Source: Trichodelitschia bisporula (lineage: Eukaryota). From it: 64,000 nt of DNA. The translations under genes were made by a program, and so were the position numbers. The DNA lies in assembly GCA_010356995.1 (NCBI GenBank), contig ML996692.1, positions 631,933 to 695,932 of the forward strand, in the 5' to 3' direction. The notes under the pieces are model-generated. The model made no database searches. It was given only the letters and a program-made list of their open reading frames with translations, and was not told the origin of the DNA. Positions 62,901-64,000 of this stretch are shown piece by piece (within the stretch, counting starts at the first letter, position 1; each line of letters opens with the position of its first letter).

Positions 62901-64000
62901 CCATCTGGACAGCGTTGTTGGCATCTTTGAGGTTTTCTGACGTCCTGGTACCGGCATTGTCACGAGCGCTGTTCAGAGCCTTTGAGACCTTGCTTTCGAA
63001 AGTCTCACGGATGTTCATGCCAGGCAGTGGCTCCAGCTTGTTCGCTGTAGCCAGCATGAGGATCTTTTCAACCTCATCTTTCTGCTCACGGATAGCGTCG
63101 TGAATGTCCTGCGTGGTTTTAGCGTCCGGAATGGTGTCTCCAATACCGATGCTGAACCCATTGTGCAAGAGCCAATGATTGACGATACGCTGAGTACCGT
63201 TGAAGAACGTAACAGTGGCCTCCCAGCCCAAGGTGTTGTAAATAGTGTGCACGACACCACCACCGGAGGCACCAACAGTAGACTTGGCAAAAAGGCCGAA
63301 GAGCAGTTCGCCATTCACGATGAGCACAGCGTCGTCCTTGAGAGGATGGAAGTCCTGACCACGCTGCAGGTTCAACCCTTCAGGCAGAGCCAAGCTAGCC
63401 ATCTGTTTTCCGGTCCAGCGAGGGCGCGGCTTGATAATGGCCGGATGCGGAAAGATACCGTCCCAGCCAGGCACACACATGAGGATTTTCATGACCTCTT
63501 CCTTAGTAAGGAAGGTGTCGCGACGGCAGAGCTTGTAGATGCCGCAGAGTGTGTCCTGCACAATACCCATAAGCGGGCCGTTGCGCTGTGGAGACACAAT
63601 CTGCAGGGGAACCATGCAAAGTTCCTTAACTTCCGCCCTGGTCTCCTCGCTCTGGGGAACGTGCAGGTTCATCTCGTCACCGTCGAAGTCCGCATTGTAC
63701 GGCGACGTGACTGAGAGATTCAGGCGAAACGTCGAATAAGGCATGACCTTAACTCGATGACCCATCATGGACTCCTTATGCAGCGACGGCTGACGGTTGA
63801 AGATGATGAAGTCTCCATCAATAAGATGGCGTTCGACCTTCCAACCATACTGCAAGGTGATTTCGCTAGCCTGTTTGTGATGCCGCAAATCGATGCGCTC
63901 TCCCGTATCGCGGATGATGTACTTGGCTCCAGGATGCTCGTTCGGTCCATTGCGTACATACTGGTGAAGTTTTGCGATGTTGTAAGGCGTGACAGTCTCG
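59950..64000 (-). CDS. RPB1: RNA polymerase II largest subunit (5' part outside the window)
   Basis: [20 protein letters not shown]-terminal heptad repeats. The stop overlaps a GTGAGC donor-like site, so a tiny last exon cannot be excluded. Confidence 0.99.
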   Translation of the reverse strand, partial: ETVTPYNIAKLHQYVRNGPNEHPGAKYIIRDTGERIDLRHHKQASEITLQYGWKVERHLIDGDFIIFNRQPSLHKESMMGHRVKVMPYSTFRLNLSVTSPYNADFDGDEMNLHVPQSEETRAEVKELCMVPLQIVSPQRNGPLMGIVQDTLCGIYKLCRRDTFLTKEEVMKILMCVPGWDGIFPHPAIIKPRPRWTGKQMASLALPEGLNLQRGQDFHPLKDDAVLIVNGELLFGLFAKSTVGASGGGVVHTIYNTLGWEATVTFFNGTQRIVNHWLLHNGFSIGIGDTIPDAKTTQDIHDAIREQKDEVEKILMLATANKLEPLPGMNIRETFESKVSKALNSARDNAGTRTSENLKDANNAVQMARSGSKGSNINISQMTALVGQQSVEGKRIPFGFKYRSLPHFTKDDYSPESRGFVENSYLRGLTPSEFFFHAMAGREGLIDTAVKTAETGYIQRRLVKALEDVSVKYDGTVRNSLGDIVQFVYGEDGLDGQRIEKQRMDFIKCSDAQFEKMFRVDVMDPKKMPASDILEQATEISGDVKVQRYLDEEWDRLKDARKFMREQLNDDEEYQLPLNIIRVIESARTKFRIKDRGRSDLHPEYVITRVEAMLDNLVVIRGDDELSKEAQESATLLIKAHLRSRLAYKRLVVEHSLNKLAFENILGEFENSFLRAAASPGDMVGVLAAQSIGEPATQMTLNTFHFAGVSSKNVTLGVPRLKEILNCAVNIKTPSMWVYQEGDNRFSQEGAKKLRSLVEHTKLKSVTDAAEIYYDPDPRQTVIEADVDMVESYFIIPETDSDTVDRQSKWVLRFVLGRRKLLDKGLTIADVAAKIKGAYRAEVALIFSDNNADEQVVRMRLVLDSKEDEDMDQDMVLKKIEEHLLESLTLRGVEGVDRAFIDHKTIVREDADGALVKNSEDTRCEEWFLNTSGTALKSVLEVEGVDPYRTYSNSFIEILHVFGIEAARAALTKELVMVLSFDGSYVNHRHLALLVDVMTSRGFLMAVTRHGINRADTGALMRCSFEETVEILLEAAAVGEIDDCRGISENVMLGQLAPLGTGDLDVFLDQAMLNTAITDNARYGIHPERVNDPMGGAATPYDIGSPAHEGTFAGGPDYGASFSPMVQVGGSEGGGLTAYGNGSLGDGGFSPYASAQSPGYHPTSPFSGTSPTSPGYSPSSPGFSPTSPGMAITSPRFGGSSPASPAYTPTSPTYSPTSPNYASPTSPSYSPTSPSYSPTSPQYSPTSPSYSPTSPSFSPTSPRGATSPSYSPTSPNYSPTSPVYSPTSPSFQGTSDRRSPTSPVYSPTSPGVNAYSPTSPRYSPTSPNQDAPYSATSPKYSPTSPTYSPQ
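59953..60530 (-). repeat. Rpb1 CTD heptad (YSPTSPx) coding repeats
   Basis: Imperfect 21-nt periodicity; seen in the translation. Confidence 0.95.

Overview
Eukaryotic DNA from a GC-rich filamentous ascomycete (Pezizomycotina, probably a Dothideomycete; inferred from the gene set and short 42-55 nt GT..AG introns with CTRAC branch sites). It is mostly a core housekeeping region with about 22 protein genes, which I rebuilt by hand across introns. These include a TinA/ADIP-like protein, EsdC, mitochondrial LysRS, Tim10, a Tfb6-like protein, an acyltransferase-3, Mcm3, Rsc8/Ssr, ETF-alpha, a TOK1 K+ channel, a mitochondrial KHE1-family protein, an Srf1-like protein, Ctf18, a BTB protein, an MFS transporter, Rab4, a BVMO, Thg1 and the 3' part of Rpb1. 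There is also one tRNA-Ala(AGC). The best finds not shown by the ORF track are: (1) a complete box C/D snoRNA (snR71/SNORD29-type guide for LSU rRNA) inside a 195-nt intron that ends exactly at the start ATG of mitochondrial LysRS; (2) a BVMO gene broken by two single-A deletions; (3) a 72-aa Cys/His microprotein alone in an ~8.5-kb gene-poor tract next to esdC; (4) an abrupt switch from C-ending to G-ending synonymous codons inside single exons; (5) a Rab4 gene that needs a GAG splice acceptor and has DTAGTE in place of DTAGQE. I saw no transposon, CRISPR array or rRNA. All family names come from recognising motifs, not from database searches.
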